60,000 bases of DNA, taken from positions 36,706,001-36,766,000 of the forward strand of contig NC_087245.1 in NCBI RefSeq assembly GCF_037042905.1, written 5' to 3'. How positions within the stretch are numbered: the first letter of the stretch is position 1; each line of letters begins with the position of its first letter. A program made the position numbers and the translations under genes. Below are positions 14,490 to 27,491 of this stretch, piece by piece. The notes below the pieces were generated by a model, which saw nothing but the letters and a program-made list of their open reading frames with translations, was not told the origin of the DNA and searched no databases. The DNA is from Lytechinus pictus. Its lineage: Eukaryota.

Positions 14490-14612
14490 GAAGTTATGAT
14501 GGCATTTCAAAAACTTAACTTTGGTTAAGACTTCAATGTTGATGACGCTGCCGCTGTCGGAATAGCAGCGCCTATAATAGTCTCGCTCTTCTATGTAGGC
14601 GAGCCCCAAAAA
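14490..14612 (+). mobile_element. Isolated 3' end of HINE family A
   Basis: AAGTTATGATGGCATTTCAAAAACTTAAC...GCGCCTATA...GTCTCGCT...AGGCGAG matches the 3' ends of the full copies. Confidence 0.75.
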
Positions 14613-15153
14613 TGGGTGCTCATCATTCAGAGCAGAGAGGGGTAATCATAACATTTAATGCTGGTCATGCAGGTAAGGCAGTGTCACTACAGAGGATACT
14701 CTTGATTAATAAAAAAAAAAAAACAATTGGGTATCCCCTTCCCCCCCCCCTAAAAAGGGAAATCATGTTTATCATCATTTTCATTTATTGAGTATTCTGT
14801 CTCAAATTGATAATTAGATTAAAGTATCACTATTGGTGTCGAATTTGTAGTCATACAAAATGTTATCTCTTGGAAAGGTTTCTTTGGATGCAGTTTAATT
14901 CACAATTGATATAATGGGGATTTTATTTCTGCTATTTAAAAGATAATTTAACATTAATAAAGACTGAAATATCTATACTAATTAAACCAGATTCTTTTTT
15001 GTAAAGACTGGAAGCCCCCAAAACAGTGACCTATACATTTTGCTTCATGGAATGATATGTTCCAATTTCATTATGCATTTCAGCTCCCTCCTCTCATATT
15101 GATAGTGTAGGTTAGTGTTCAATTTACACATATAGCTTGTAATTGCTCCTTAA

Positions 15154-15747
15154 AGGGGAATCCAGCCTTGGCGATACAATGTTGTGTTGGGAAGGAGAAA
15201 AATAAATTAAACAGAATGGTGACAGTTTGAAAGAAATCAGACAAGCAATAGGAAAGTTATAGCTGCTTTAAAATTGAGATCTTTAATACTATGTAGATTT
15301 TAAATTGGCAACTGGGTAAGTAAATTATGACAAGGGGCAAGGACAACTTTCCCATAGGCCATGTACTTTATTATCAGGGATTTGTGGTTTTCTCCTAAGT
15401 ACCCATTCCCCTGGGGACTGATCTAAATATAACCCAGGTAGTGTATTGTTTAATGTCCTCATGAAAGAAAAATATTATTTGAAATAAAACTTTTGGGAAA
15501 AATTACATTTTAGCCAAAATATGTATTGGAGTACATGGAAGAGTAGTCCTTGCCTTACATCACTATGACATCCCATATGCGGCCAATTTGAAGTCTCCAT
15601 GGGTATAGTGATTACCAATATTTACAACTTTAAAAAATTCATAACTTTCTTGTTGTTTGTCCAATATTGTTCAAACTTTCACCTATCAACTTGTCTGATT
15701 TTTCTTTTCCTTATAAAAACAAGTTTTTATTTGGGTTGGATTCCCCT
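15154..15747. mobile_element. Kolobok-like MITE
   Basis: TTAA|AGGGGAATCCAGCC...GGTTGGATTCCCCT|TTAA. Confidence 0.8.
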
Positions 15748-18221
15748 TTAATGACATTGACAAGAGGTGGGGGAGAGAATGTTCAACATACTTTGTATGA
15801 GCTCATGCACACTACAAGCCATGTGCACGCTTAGAATAGAGAATTCTTTTAATATTCTTTAAAGAATCATAAAGGCTGTAACACAAAACAGTCCATGGCA
15901 ACAGGGGATGCTATATATGGGACTATTGTTGACAGAGAGACACCATTAACCACCCCAAGTCCTTATCTTTGAAGAATAAACTGTTCATTTATAGGTGTTC
16001 ACCTGTATAACCATTGTAAAAACACATCACACCAGGTAAAACCTGATAAGTGTTTGCCTATTAACACGCTAACATGTCTGTACAAAGATTAAATTCTTCC
16101 ATCATCATGAAATAGAATGCAAGGCACTTGTGGTTATGAACTTGAAAAAGTAAATTGACCAAAAAAAACCTGATAAGAATTAAGTAATTCATAATATGTG
16201 GTGAAGAGAGCAGGTTAGAAATAAGAGTTATTGATAATGTGTACTGACTGTAATACATTTCCACTGGCCCCCTTTACCAGTGATTTTAGAAAGGGAGAAA
16301 ACAGTGTTTCTATGACCAAATGTCCTAATCCTCCAATGCAATATTCTTCATCAATACTAAAGATACAAACCCAATATTGCTCTTCATTACTTGATGTCCA
16401 CAATCAGTATTGACAGAATGAATCTATTTGGAACTAGCTTTTATAGTTTTCACACATTTTTATTTCCAATCATCACTTTTTTTCAATATTCAAAATCAAA
16501 CAAATGAATATAGGTGTCTACGTAATAAAAAGGAAATAACATGTAATTTGAAATAAAAACAATGATCTTTTCAAGTCATGCCCCCTAAAACCTGAAAACC
16601 TAAAACATATATTCATATATTTCAAATACTAAATTGACGAGTTGACCACTAAACTATTCTATCAATTCGACATAATTACCAATCAAAACATGTATACCAG
16701 GAAATTTATGCAACTGACATTCCAGTTAATTATTGGGTAAATACAATGCATAATCAAATCAAGAGGGTCTTCATGCTTGAAAACCAAACAAAAATACCAT
16801 CAACATTGTTTCTTGTGACCGAGCGCTCCAGTTGCTGGGCAATATATAGAAGTGTGAGAAGGAATCAATTAAAGAGACATCATGTTGACAGGACAAGAGC
16901 TGGTCAAACATCCCTTCTTTAATCAAAGACCACTCGAGATATATCAAGAGAAGGAAATTAGGAAACAAACTATTTGCTGGACCTCTTGGGAGGGGAAAAT
17001 GGCAGTTTATTTCTGGCTAATCATTCAACTTTGCCATCTTGCTTTGCACGTGTAGCTCTGCAAAGTCCAATGAAGATCGCATGGATAGATATTGGATGGA
17101 AATCATTGCACTTCGCTGCTCTTTGAGACCGTGTACTAGCAGACAAGATGAATACTTTTGTCTCAATAAGAAAATGACATTATTAATGGAGCACTTGATA
17201 GATGAGTTATGGATAGAGGATTGATCAGAAGAACTCACACCATGAAGGAGGGAAATGGAGCAACATCAACCGGCATTTAATCAAACTATGGATGAAAAAG
17301 AGTCTTTTTATGATACCCCTCAGCTCAATTTTTTTTATTTTATGACTTTGTGTCTACCAAAAGACGCTTTGCAACAGACATTCCCATAAAGTATTTACTA
17401 ACTGGTGAATTATTAAATCTTTGAGTTCTTCCAGTCAAAAGAGCGTTTTCAGTAACAACCGATATGAGCTCAAATAAAAGGAGGTGCATCGGAAGTAATA
17501 ATGGATGATACTTATTATAGGATGGAACCGAAAAGTCTACGGTGGATGCAGCATGGGTTCGTAATAACCTTGAATATATTAAAGGAGCAGGTTCTTCAGC
17601 ATTAATGATCATAAAGAGGTGACACCTACTGACAGATTTATTCATCAAGGAAGACAAATGAGGCATTTGGATTGGACTATCAATAATAACTCTCAGCAGA
17701 ATACAGGTAACTTTCGGTTTCTAATGAAAATGAAGCAGGACAATTGCTGTGATTAATCATAAGAGGAAGATAGAGAGAGCTGATTAAGAGTAGAAAGCAG
17801 AACGATAAAAGCCTCCACCCTAAAATGATTATGTTTATGGGTTGATGTCCCATAAAGTGACATACGTTCATGCTTCCAAACTAGGAGAGAGATTATGATC
17901 CAAAGAGGGAAGGTCTCTATCGCAAGACTACATCATTTTTGGTAGACTTTGTGAGGTTAGAATATCAACAAAATAATAATCTCCTGCCTGGACTCACGGT
18001 TTAATAAGATTATGAAACACTATCTTTCATGGGGATCAACATCCGTACTGCTGTTAAATCAATGACTTGATTGAAAAATGCACTTGGATGGATAACTCTA
18101 CATGTATATATTTGGAAAAAGAACAAATGCAAGTACTTTTATCTTTGTGTGGATGTGGATGTGTCGATGAGGATTAGATAGATATCTTGGAGATCATTGT
18201 AAGGAGTCATTTGAAGAAATT

Positions 18222-19385
18222 ATGTCTTTCACCTCGGTAGCAACAGATGGCTTTGTAATGGAAGCCGGGACCACTCCAACTGTTTTTGTGGATAACCCAT
18301 CACCACAACAACCCAACATCGCTCTCTTAAATTTTCAACTCGTATACCTGGGATTTATTTGTTTTGCAGGAGCTTTTGGTAACATCATGGTGCTTGCTGC
18401 ATCGTTTGTGCAAAAGGAACTGAGGACACCTGCTAATCTGTTCCTCATCAATCTGGGTTTCGTTGATTTGGTGACCAACATCATGTCCATCCCGGTCCTT
18501 ATGATATCTTTGAAGTACAACGACTGGATCTTTAGCGATGGCCTGTGCCATGCTACAGCGTACATCTCCATCGTATGCCTTGGACAGTCTGTCCAGACCT
18601 TGGCGCACATAGCTGGCGCCAGATATCTTCTCATCACCAAGCCTCAGAAAGTCTATCAACGCTTCTGCTCCTGGAAAGCAGTCTCAGTCAACATAATTTT
18701 CATTTGGTGCGCCACTATCCTTATCGTCATTATGCCGGAGTACGGTTTGGGAGATATCATCTACAACCCAGCATTTGGTCTATGTAGCATTGATCAGCAG
18801 AGCGACTACTCCTGGATCTATACAACAGTACTTGTCTGTCACTCTATTGTCAGCACGTTCTTCCTCATCCCTTGTTTCTACTTCCTAACTTGCTACAAGG
18901 TCATGTCAAGCCGTAAGCGCATCCACCAGCGCACTGCGTTCCAGCGCAACCGGAGTCGCATCGAAGAGAACTTTGACTTCTGGAAGCGTGAAATTGGCCT
19001 TTCAAAGGTCCTCATTGTGACTCTTCTGGCTTACATCATATGCTGGGTACCTTTCGCTGTTATCCACTTCTTCAACTTCAACAACGAAATATCTTTTGCG
19101 GCTCATAGAGTCTCTGTTCTGTTGCTTGTAACAAACTCCTGCATCAATCCCTACATCTATGCGGTTCTCAATCGCAAATTCCGCAAGGTCTATGTGACCA
19201 TCTTCTCTGGATTGTGGTACAAAGTCAGACCTCCAAGCACTTCAGAGAGGAACGCAAGCCCCGTAGCAAAAGAAGATGAGCAAAGTAACATCAATGTTGG
19301 TATTCTGATCCTCCAACAGCATACAGACTCGGCAAGCTCATCACATGATAATCAAGTCTTTCAGGTTATGGGTTCAGATGCCTGA
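18222..19385 (+). CDS. Intronless class A (rhodopsin-family) GPCR, 387 aa, orphan/melatonin-receptor-like
   Basis: Seven hydrophobic segments with GN (TM1), NLGFVD (TM2), W..S..LC, GARY (TM3 end), W (TM4), CWVPF (TM6), NSCINPYIY (TM7), helix 8 NRKFRK. Confidence 0.93.
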   Translation: MSFTSVATDGFVMEAGTTPTVFVDNPSPQQPNIALLNFQLVYLGFICFAGAFGNIMVLAASFVQKELRTPANLFLINLGFVDLVTNIMSIPVLMISLKYNDWIFSDGLCHATAYISIVCLGQSVQTLAHIAGARYLLITKPQKVYQRFCSWKAVSVNIIFIWCATILIVIMPEYGLGDIIYNPAFGLCSIDQQSDYSWIYTTVLVCHSIVSTFFLIPCFYFLTCYKVMSSRKRIHQRTAFQRNRSRIEENFDFWKREIGLSKVLIVTLLAYIICWVPFAVIHFFNFNNEISFAAHRVSVLLLVTNSCINPYIYAVLNRKFRKVYVTIFSGLWYKVRPPSTSERNASPVAKEDEQSNINVGILILQQHTDSASSSHDNQVFQVMGSDA

Positions 19386-20268
19386 CTAATACATTCTGTG
19401 CATAATATTCATGTTTGTTCTGCTGACTCGAATTGCAGAACAAGATCATTCTTTCTACATGATAGCATTAAATGTATATGTACATTTTCATAAACACATC
19501 TATTACTACCTGTAAATATCTAAAAGTATAAGGGGGAAAGTGGCTCAATTCTGGGGCCAAAATAATCTGACATAAAATTATTTCAAGTGGCAATCCTTTA
19601 CTGTGCCAATTTGTTTCAGCAGACAAAAAATTATAATTTTGATTCATGAGAAATGAATCAATCTCATATACAGAATAAATAACTTTAGATCATAAAATAA
19701 TTTTATTCTTCTTGACTAAGAAATTAATGGACAAAATAACAGATAAATAAAAAAGTGAAAAAAACTTAAAGGTCTATATGTGATTTCTTTTGTTTTTTAT
19801 GTTAGATTGGGTGGGGACAGGAGGCCCCCACATGACATAGTTAAATAAAATAGTTGTCAGTTAAATTATCTTTAAATCTTTTTTTACTAAGTAGTAAAAT
19901 TCATGTAGAATTGTGAAGTGGTGAAGACAATGACTGTAAGAGAAAGGGATAGGCAGAATAGACGGACAGGAGGGGAAGAATCAAATCATACAAAGAAGAT
20001 AGAGAGAGAGGGGGCAGAGAGAGAAAGAGAGTGAGAGATAAAAATATAAAGAACAAGGGAAAGAAGATAGATCGATAGAAAGATTTAGAGGGGGAGAAAG
20101 AGAACAGGAAATAAAATATAATAAAATAAGCTTTGGATGGGAGGTCTACTAGTTTAGTGGAAACCAGTTAAACGTGCAATGGGAACGCTTGATGTGGTCT
20201 TGGGTGCAATCTTAAGGAGTCTTACAAATGTCGCAATGTGGTTTTCAAGACTGCTTTGGCCTTGTTAA

Positions 20269-20868
20269 AGGCCAAGTCCACCCCCAACAAAAAGTTGATT
20301 TGAATAAAAAGAAAAAAAATCGAACAAGCATAACACTGAAAACTTCATCAAATCGGATGTGAAATAAGAAAGATATGACATTTTAAAGTTTCGCTTAATT
20401 TCACAAAACAGTTATATTCACATCCTGGTCGGTATGCAAATGAGGGAACTGATGAGATCACTCACTCACTATTTCTTTTGTATAATATCATATGAAATAT
20501 GAAAAATTTTCATTTTCACCACATTTTCATGTGAAACAAAGTTTTATTTCTCCCTAAACATGTGGAATTACCATTGTTTAACATTTTATGGTTCAGTCAA
20601 GTTGGTCCTTGTTGTCAAATCTGAAAAAATTGAAATAATGTCTAATGCAAACAATAAAAAACAAAAGAAATAGTGAGTGAGGGACATCATCGAGTCTGTC
20701 ATTTGCATGTGACTAAATTGTACACATAACTTTTTTGTGAAAATTAAGCGAAACTTTAAAATGTCATAACTTTCTTAATTTGCATCCAATTTTGATAAAA
20801 CTTTTAGCATTATGCTTGTCTGATTTTTCTCTTTTGATTAGAATCTACATTTGAGGGGGATTTGACGT
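20269..20868. mobile_element. Kolobok-like MITE (AGGTCAAGTCCACCCC family)
   Basis: TTAA flanks, inverted termini with long internal inverted similarity; relatives at 22687 and 23301. Confidence 0.8.
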
Positions 20869-21639
20869 TTAAACTAGTTGACGCGTAGATAAGGACACAT
20901 TCATACAAACTTTGTGTGCATGTTGGGTGCAGTACACACTACGGTATATGTAGGATGCCTATGCTGCAGTTTGAAATTTCACACAAAACATATACATGTA
21001 CTGAATAACCCAACTGAGACTGTTCCCATTGCAACAAGACCAATTCACACAAAGTGGTTCTAGAAACCAGTTTCGGAGATGGTGATGAGAATGCAAGGAA
21101 GCGATCTTCTAAACTAGATTTCTAAACTGGTTTAAGGGAAACCAGTTCAAGAAAGCTGATGAGAATGGGATCTTACGCTGTCATTATAAACCCTGACATC
21201 TCGTCATTAGTGTCGCCCCTTGTTAAACTGAGTTATCTATTAACTTCAATGATAGGGACATTCAATCAAATGGGAATTGCTTCTAGAGGCTTAATCACAA
21301 GGTGCTTTCCCACTACCTAGCCATCCTAATATGACCTTTAGGTAAACATTTGGATGGGTGGCTCTAACAAGGAAATACAGTCATGTAAATTGAATTACTG
21401 CAGCTAAGCAAATCGCCTCTACATGCTTTTAAAAAGCAAATATCAGTTTACCCGTCTGAATGAATTTTAGGTTGATGTATTTTTCATGAAATATGAAACA
21501 GTATATTTCAGGATTGAAATGATCCATTGCAATAACAAAAGGATAGTATGTTTCCTACTTAATTACAATAATATTATCTGTGTGTTTGCTGCTGTAATGA
21601 TGAAAACAGATATTATGTCAAGAATGCTAAAACTTTCAC

Positions 21640-21929
21640 CATAATTATCACCATCATCATCCTCATCTCCATTATTTTAAAAACCATCATCATCATCCCA
21701 ATAATAATTATCATCAGCAGCATCATAATCTTCATCATTCTTTTCATCACCCTCGTCATCATCATCACTAACATCCTAATCATCAAAATCTTCATCATCA
21801 TTATCTTGAGTTCATCATCACCACCCTCGTCATCATAATCATCATCACCCTCATCATCATCATCATCATCACTAACATCCTAATCATCAAAATAATCATC
21901 ATCATCGTTATCTTGTGTTCATCATCATC

Positions 21930-21961
<32 letters not shown>

Positions 21962-21985
21962 CATCACCATCATCAACATCGACAA
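21640..21985. repeat. (CAT)n microsatellite
   Basis: Degenerate to perfect CAT triplets. Confidence 0.95.
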
Positions 21986-22082
21986 CACCACATAGTCAAC
22001 AGCCACTTTGACACAATACTTCAATTTACTGAAAAACACATCCACAGTACAAGTACACGTATATTTTGTATAAAACACTTAC

Positions 22083-22181
22083 CTGTAAGGGAATCTGTGG
22101 TGTGAGGAACGGACATCTCTTGATTGGTCACTTCCCAATGACCATTGGCCAAACCTTCCTTCTGTCCACCATCATGAGTAC
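22083..22181 (-). CDS. PIKFYVE: PIKfyve coding exon 12 (99 nt, phase 1-1)
   Basis: ttttttatcatgaacag|GTACTC...TTACAG|gtaagt; open frame GTHDGGQKEGLANGHWEVTNQEMSVPHTTDSLT; phase matches upstream exons. Confidence 0.7.
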
Positions 22182-22686
22182 CTGTTCATGATAAAAAATG
22201 AGAACTTAATACCAATACACATTTCTGTAAAAGTCTATAATTGCCATAATAACATATTCTTTTTAGTAGACATCTGCTGACATGTATACTACTATGTCAC
22301 ACTACATCCTAGAAATTAAGAAAGTTAGGATTCTCAGGGGTTTGGTCCAGCAGAGCTAAATGGTCTATAATGACAACTGAATTATGACATCTTATTTTGA
22401 ATCATGTAAAAGTTCAGTTTTCTTTCTTTATTTTGATACCTAATACGAAACAAAGGGGCCATGGACCAAGTAAAGTTTGAATCTTTTAAGGTCAATTTCA
22501 AGTTGCCCAGAATAATTGATCAAGAATTTCACTTTTTGTATACAACAACCTTCTGAAAGAGAGGTGTGGCTCATTAGCATTTTTTTTATTATTGATTATT
22601 TATATTTGTTATGAAAAAGGTGTAAACAATGAATTGAATAATTTGAGGCTTATAAGAGGGTAAATTCTTGCGAGGAAATAATTCAA

Positions 22687-23296
22687 AGGTCAAGTCCACC
22701 CCAGAAAAACATCGAAATGAAAAAATAGAGAAAAATCAAACAAGCATAACGCTGAAAGTTTCATAAAAAATCGGATGTAGAATAAGAAACTTATGACATT
22801 TTAAAGTTTTGCTTAATTTTCACATAACAGTTATATATGTACAACTCAGTGACATGCAAATGAGAAAGTCGATAATGTCCCTCACTCACTATATCTTTTG
22901 TTATTTATTGCTTGAATCATACAATATTTCATTTTTTACATATTTGACAATAAGGACCAACTTGATTGAACCATGTAGTATTAAACAATGCTAATTCCAC
23001 ATGTTCAGGGAGGAATTAATCTTTGTTTCACTTAACAATGAGGATAAAATTAGAATATTTCATATTTCACATAATGAAATACAAAAGAAATAGTGAGTGG
23101 ATGACGTACGTCATCAGTCTCCTCATTTGCATACTGAACAGGATGTAAATATAACTGTTTTGTGAAATTAAGCGAAACTTTAAAATGTCATAACTTTTTT
23201 ATTATACATCTGATTTTGATGAAATTTTCAGTGTTATGCTTGTTGGATTTTTCTCTTTTTATTGAAATCAACTTTTTGTTGAGGTGGACTTGTCCT
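22687..23296. mobile_element. Kolobok-like MITE
   Basis: AGGTCAAGTCCACCCC...GAGGTGGACTTGTCCT|TTAA. Confidence 0.8.
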
Positions 23297-23300
23297 TTAA

Positions 23301-23826
23301 AGGTCAAGTCCATTCCTCAAAAAACAAGCTAAAGTCTTGACAATTTCATCAAAACCAGATGTAAAATTAGGAAGTTTAGACATTTTAAAGTAAATCCTAT
23401 TTTCAGAAGGCAGTGATGTTCACATCATGGGCAGGTATGCAAATAAGGGAAATTATATTATCACACACTAGCTTTTCCTTCTGTAATATGAACAATTCTT
23501 TTTTATTTTCTCCCTTCAAAAATGTTAAACCTTGTATGAGTCTTCATAATTACTGTAAATATCATCTTTTGTCATAAGTTATTGAAATTTTATGGAGATC
23601 CTCTTCTTCATCAAAAATATAAAATTTGAAATATTTCATACAATAAAACATGAAAAATACAATGAGTATGTGATATCATTGGCTCCCATATTTTCATACT
23701 GACCAGGATGTGCATACAACTGTTTTGCCAAAATAAACAAAACTGCTACGTTCTTAATTTATATCCACTTTAGATGAAATTTTCACACTTTGCTTGTTTG
23801 ATTTTTCTCTATATATTCAAATCAAA
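23301..23826. mobile_element. Second, more degenerate Kolobok-like MITE in tandem, sharing the TTAA
   Basis: TTAA|AGGTCAAGTCCA begins directly after the previous copy; similarity runs to ~23826; right TIR missing. Confidence 0.7.
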
Positions 23827-25168
23827 CTAGGCTCAAGAAGATCTTTGTAAAACTACACTGGAGACCCTGCTAAAAATGAAATGTCAGGCAGGTGTTTCAT
23901 ATGCCCATGAAAAGATATGCACAAGTTTATGAATGAAAGGGATATGAGAGGCAAAAATGTGAGATGCCCAAAAAAATTCAGAATAAATTTTGAGTCAGTA
24001 TTAATCAAAAGGAAATCTTAATTTTGCAAAACCACACTGTGCATCTTTGTAATCATTAAGATCTCAGTGACTGATGCTGTTCACCTATAGCTAATGCTAT
24101 TAAAAATGACAAACTACTTTTTAGCCTGCCATACTCAAGCTAATTATAAATTAATTCACAACTTTAAGAACAGATTTATGCAACACTTGTTTAAAACCAT
24201 TCAGAATACAGCTAATAAATTCTACAAAATGGTTAGTGCACTACCACACGACATGCTGGATCTATGAAGAAAAGAAGAATTGGTAAAAAAGCATAATAGA
24301 TGGTATATATCATTTTTTATAAAAGATTAATCTCTGAAAAACTGCTATCCATATCTAAAGAGAGAAATGCATGAAAGAGGATTTGATGAACAAATGATGC
24401 TAACATCAAAAGAGATGTGGGTGGGGTAGAGTGCATATAAGACAATGAGAAGAACAAGGCCATTGCAAATACAAGAGCAGAGAAAACAATTAGATAGAAA
24501 TCATGCTCGGTCAAAATTCACATCCCCGATCTAGAAAAGACAGAGACTAATGTAAAGATAAGTGAACAAGGAAAAACAAGACAACATAACATAATGCACA
24601 TTCATGCTCTACTTGAACATGCAAATTAACACTGCTACACAAATGCATTCTATGGGTCTGCAAATGATCTTAATACAGAAAAATTGAAAATTACAATAGA
24701 AACTAGACAATACATGAATTGAAATACGTTTCTGATCATTGATGACAGTAACAGCTGCCAAATTTTCCTCCAATGATGGCAACACACGAAGCAGTGATTT
24801 GTTTTTTTTTCTTTTCAATAATTAATTCTTCGACCTGTTTCATAAAACTTGTCTGTCAGAATCCAAGCTGCATTTTTATGAAAAATTCACTACTGTCAGC
24901 CAATTACATTGAACCATTTCAGTAGCTTGTTACTTGCCATTGATAACATATTTCAAGAAACTTGGCCCGAGTTTACAAAAGGGATAGAGTTCAAAGAACA
25001 CTATTAGACCATGACAGAAAACAGAAATAGAACCAAGCAAAGGCAATAGGAACAGAATCAAGAAACAAAGAAAAATTATTTATTTTTTCAGTCTCAAAAG
25101 TGCCCAGCACAAAGAAGTTTTGTTAAACCACAAACATGCCACAAAGAAAAACAAGACAGCATTAGGAC

Positions 25169-25321
25169 CTGTATCTAACTCCAATTTGAAGGTCGGTATG
25201 GGGGAAGAATTGTATTTTTGGCGAGACTGAACGCTCCCGTCCTGCTCCTCCGTTGGAAGGTCTATCGAAGGCGACGAATCGGGAAGGCTGACGACGACTG
25301 CTTCATTCATTGATTTGCGGT
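25169..25321 (-). CDS. PIKFYVE: PIKfyve probable coding exon 11 (153 nt, phase 1-1)
   Basis: cacaccccag|ACCGC; frame DRKSMNEAVVVSLPDSSPSIDLPTEEQDGSVQSRQKYNSSPIPTFKLELDT; weak donor CAG|gtccta. Confidence 0.55.
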
Positions 25322-25370
25322 CTGGGGTGTGAGATGGATGGAGGCATGATATCAGGTCAATTACCATCTG

Positions 25371-25861
25371 GGCACTGTCTTACAAAGAGTTACGATTGAT
25401 CCAATCAATCGCAACTATGGACAGCCAGCAATGTCAACATCTATTACGCATGTTTGTTCAAAATATTTTCTAACTATGATGTATATATATTCGTGCATTC
25501 ATTGTTATCTTGAAAATTCAGTGTGCTTCTCTTTGTTTGCAAAGGACATTTGTGCAAATCTCCTGTAGAAAGAATTATGACACTGATGGATTTCCATAGA
25601 ATTACAGTTACGATTGATCATATCAATCTCAAGTATATGGAAATCCATCAATGTCATAAGTTTTTTTTCAGGAAATTTGCTCAATTTCTTTTGAAAACAA
25701 AGAGAAACATATTGAATTTTAAAGAAAAAACAGTGAATGTGTGAACATACGTCATTTCTATAAAATATTTTGAACAAACATGTATTTTTAAATGTTGACG
25801 TTGCTGGCTTTCCATATTTACGATTGATCGGATCAATTGCAACTTTTTGAAAGACAGGCCC
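25371..25861. mobile_element. Harbinger-like MITE
   Basis: CTG on both flanks; imperfect TIRs GGCACTGTCTTACAAAGAGTTACGATTGATCC / GGATCAATTGCAACTTTTTGAAAGACAGGCCC. Confidence 0.7.
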
Positions 25862-26136
25862 CTGGTCTACACCCGTTTGGTACACTTGCCTTTCTTTCTC
25901 ATATGGTCTAATCCTTGTTCGTCTACAACCTGACCGTCTACTAACCACTTGGTCTAACTGCCATATAGCCTACATACTCTTATTGCCTAATTTCCAGTTA
26001 GGCTTTAGCATTTTCCTCTCTTATCATCTTGGTCTATCACCACTTTATGTACATGCAATTGGATGAACTGTTTATGAATCAAATTTCCACTTGACAAAGT
26101 GCAAAATTAGTAATAGACACAAATTTGACTAGTCTG

Positions 26137-26259
26137 GGGCCCGTTTCATAAAGGACTTGCAACTGTTGTAACTTTGCCATAATGGCAACTACGACGGTAA
26201 CAGGGCTCAGCAGCCAATCAGAATCAAGGTCACCATGGCAGTTGCCATGAAACGGGCCC
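26137..26259. mobile_element. Short Harbinger-like MITE
   Basis: CTG|GGGCCCGTTTCAT...ATGAAACGGGCCC|CTG; relative at ~33025-33190. Confidence 0.75.
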
Positions 26260-26262
26260 CTG

Positions 26263-26931
26263 ATCTCTCTTATCCGGACACATTGGGACCAGCACCAATC
26301 CGGATAACGGATTTATCCGGATCTGGGAGACCCAATATCAAATACACGCAGCTGCCTCCAAATGGTAGCTACATGTAATCTATTGTAGTGGGCATACACA
26401 GACAGTATTTCACTGCTGTTAGTGCAAATTATAGGCGTTTACGGAAATGAAATTGATTGGTTGCCAAATACCTGCTGAAATGATTGATGAATACATCAAG
26501 CATACCACGAAAGAAAGAGAATGACTCGATGAAACTAAATTTGAAAACTTGGATCATCAAAGTCAGCTATTGTTTTACTGACAGTACGCTCAATCATGAT
26601 AGATGGCGCTGTCTGTATAGACAACAAGGCCTGAGCAAGACGTGTTAATTTTTTCTCGAAAATAAAAGGAAAACATGATAAAATGGTTGCGCTGTGCCCT
26701 GGTTTACTGGAAAATAATCCTGTCAAAGTTCTTTTGGGGATTTAAGAAAGATATTTTCATAAAAAATAATAAGGTTGTAGGTAGACTATATTGGAAAATG
26801 TATGTAATTAAAGTGAGTTTGCGTAGGAATTTTGATTATAGATTGAGATCTCATTTCCCCACGTACTATATTGACAAAAATATAATATAAAGATCCGGAT
26901 AATGGGAGGCCGGATAAGAGAGGTTGGACTG
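26263..26931. mobile_element. pogo/Tigger-like MITE, left end truncated
   Basis: CTCTCTTATCCGG...CCGGATAAGAGAGGTTGGACTG; repeated TCCGGATAA motifs. Confidence 0.65.
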
Positions 26932-27182
26932 TGTGTGGATATCAGACCAGTTGGAGTGTAGACCAAACAGAAATTAGCCAAAATTTATTGTAGACCAAAT
27001 GGGTTTAGCCCAAGAAAACCTCAGAAATAGGTCAACTGTTTGTGGACCAAGTGAATATCACCCATGGACATCATTCACAAGCATTTTACCAGTTAAATGA
27101 AATATGAATATATACATAAAGCACAAGCTGCTTATATATAAAGGCTTAATAATACTAAATAGGGTCATTATTGCGGATTGAA

Positions 27183-27491
27183 ATAATCGCTAGAGGGTAT
27201 TCATTTGTCTCGCAATCTACTATGGTCAACAAGGAAATTCGTGATCACTCTCGCAAAAAGTGTTCACTGGCTTTCTAGGAAATTCGTGATCACTCTCGCA
27301 AAGAGTGTTCACTTGATAAAGAGTTGCAGCGGCACTCGAAAGCTCGTGAACTTGTAAGCTAGTGAACACTTTTTGCGAGAGTGATCACAAATTTCCTAGA
27401 AAGCCAGTGAACACTTTTTGCGAGAGTGATCACGAATTTCCTTGTTGACCATAGTAGATTGCGAGACAAATGAATACCCTCTAGCGATTAT
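27183..27491. repeat. Near-perfect palindrome (~130-bp arms) with an internal ~44-bp tandem duplication in each arm
   Basis: ATAATCGCTAGAGGGTATTC...GAATACCCTCTAGCGATTAT; spacer ~47 bp. Confidence 0.9.

Noticed and set aside
16770..17900. Third decayed GPCR or hidden PIKfyve exons
   Set aside because: Complex sequence, but no 7TM or CCT-like motifs in the short ORFs and no convincing splice pairs.
18222..19385. Opsin identity for either GPCR
   Set aside because: The position equivalent to rhodopsin Lys296 (six residues before the N of NPxxY) is Val here and Phe in the paralog.
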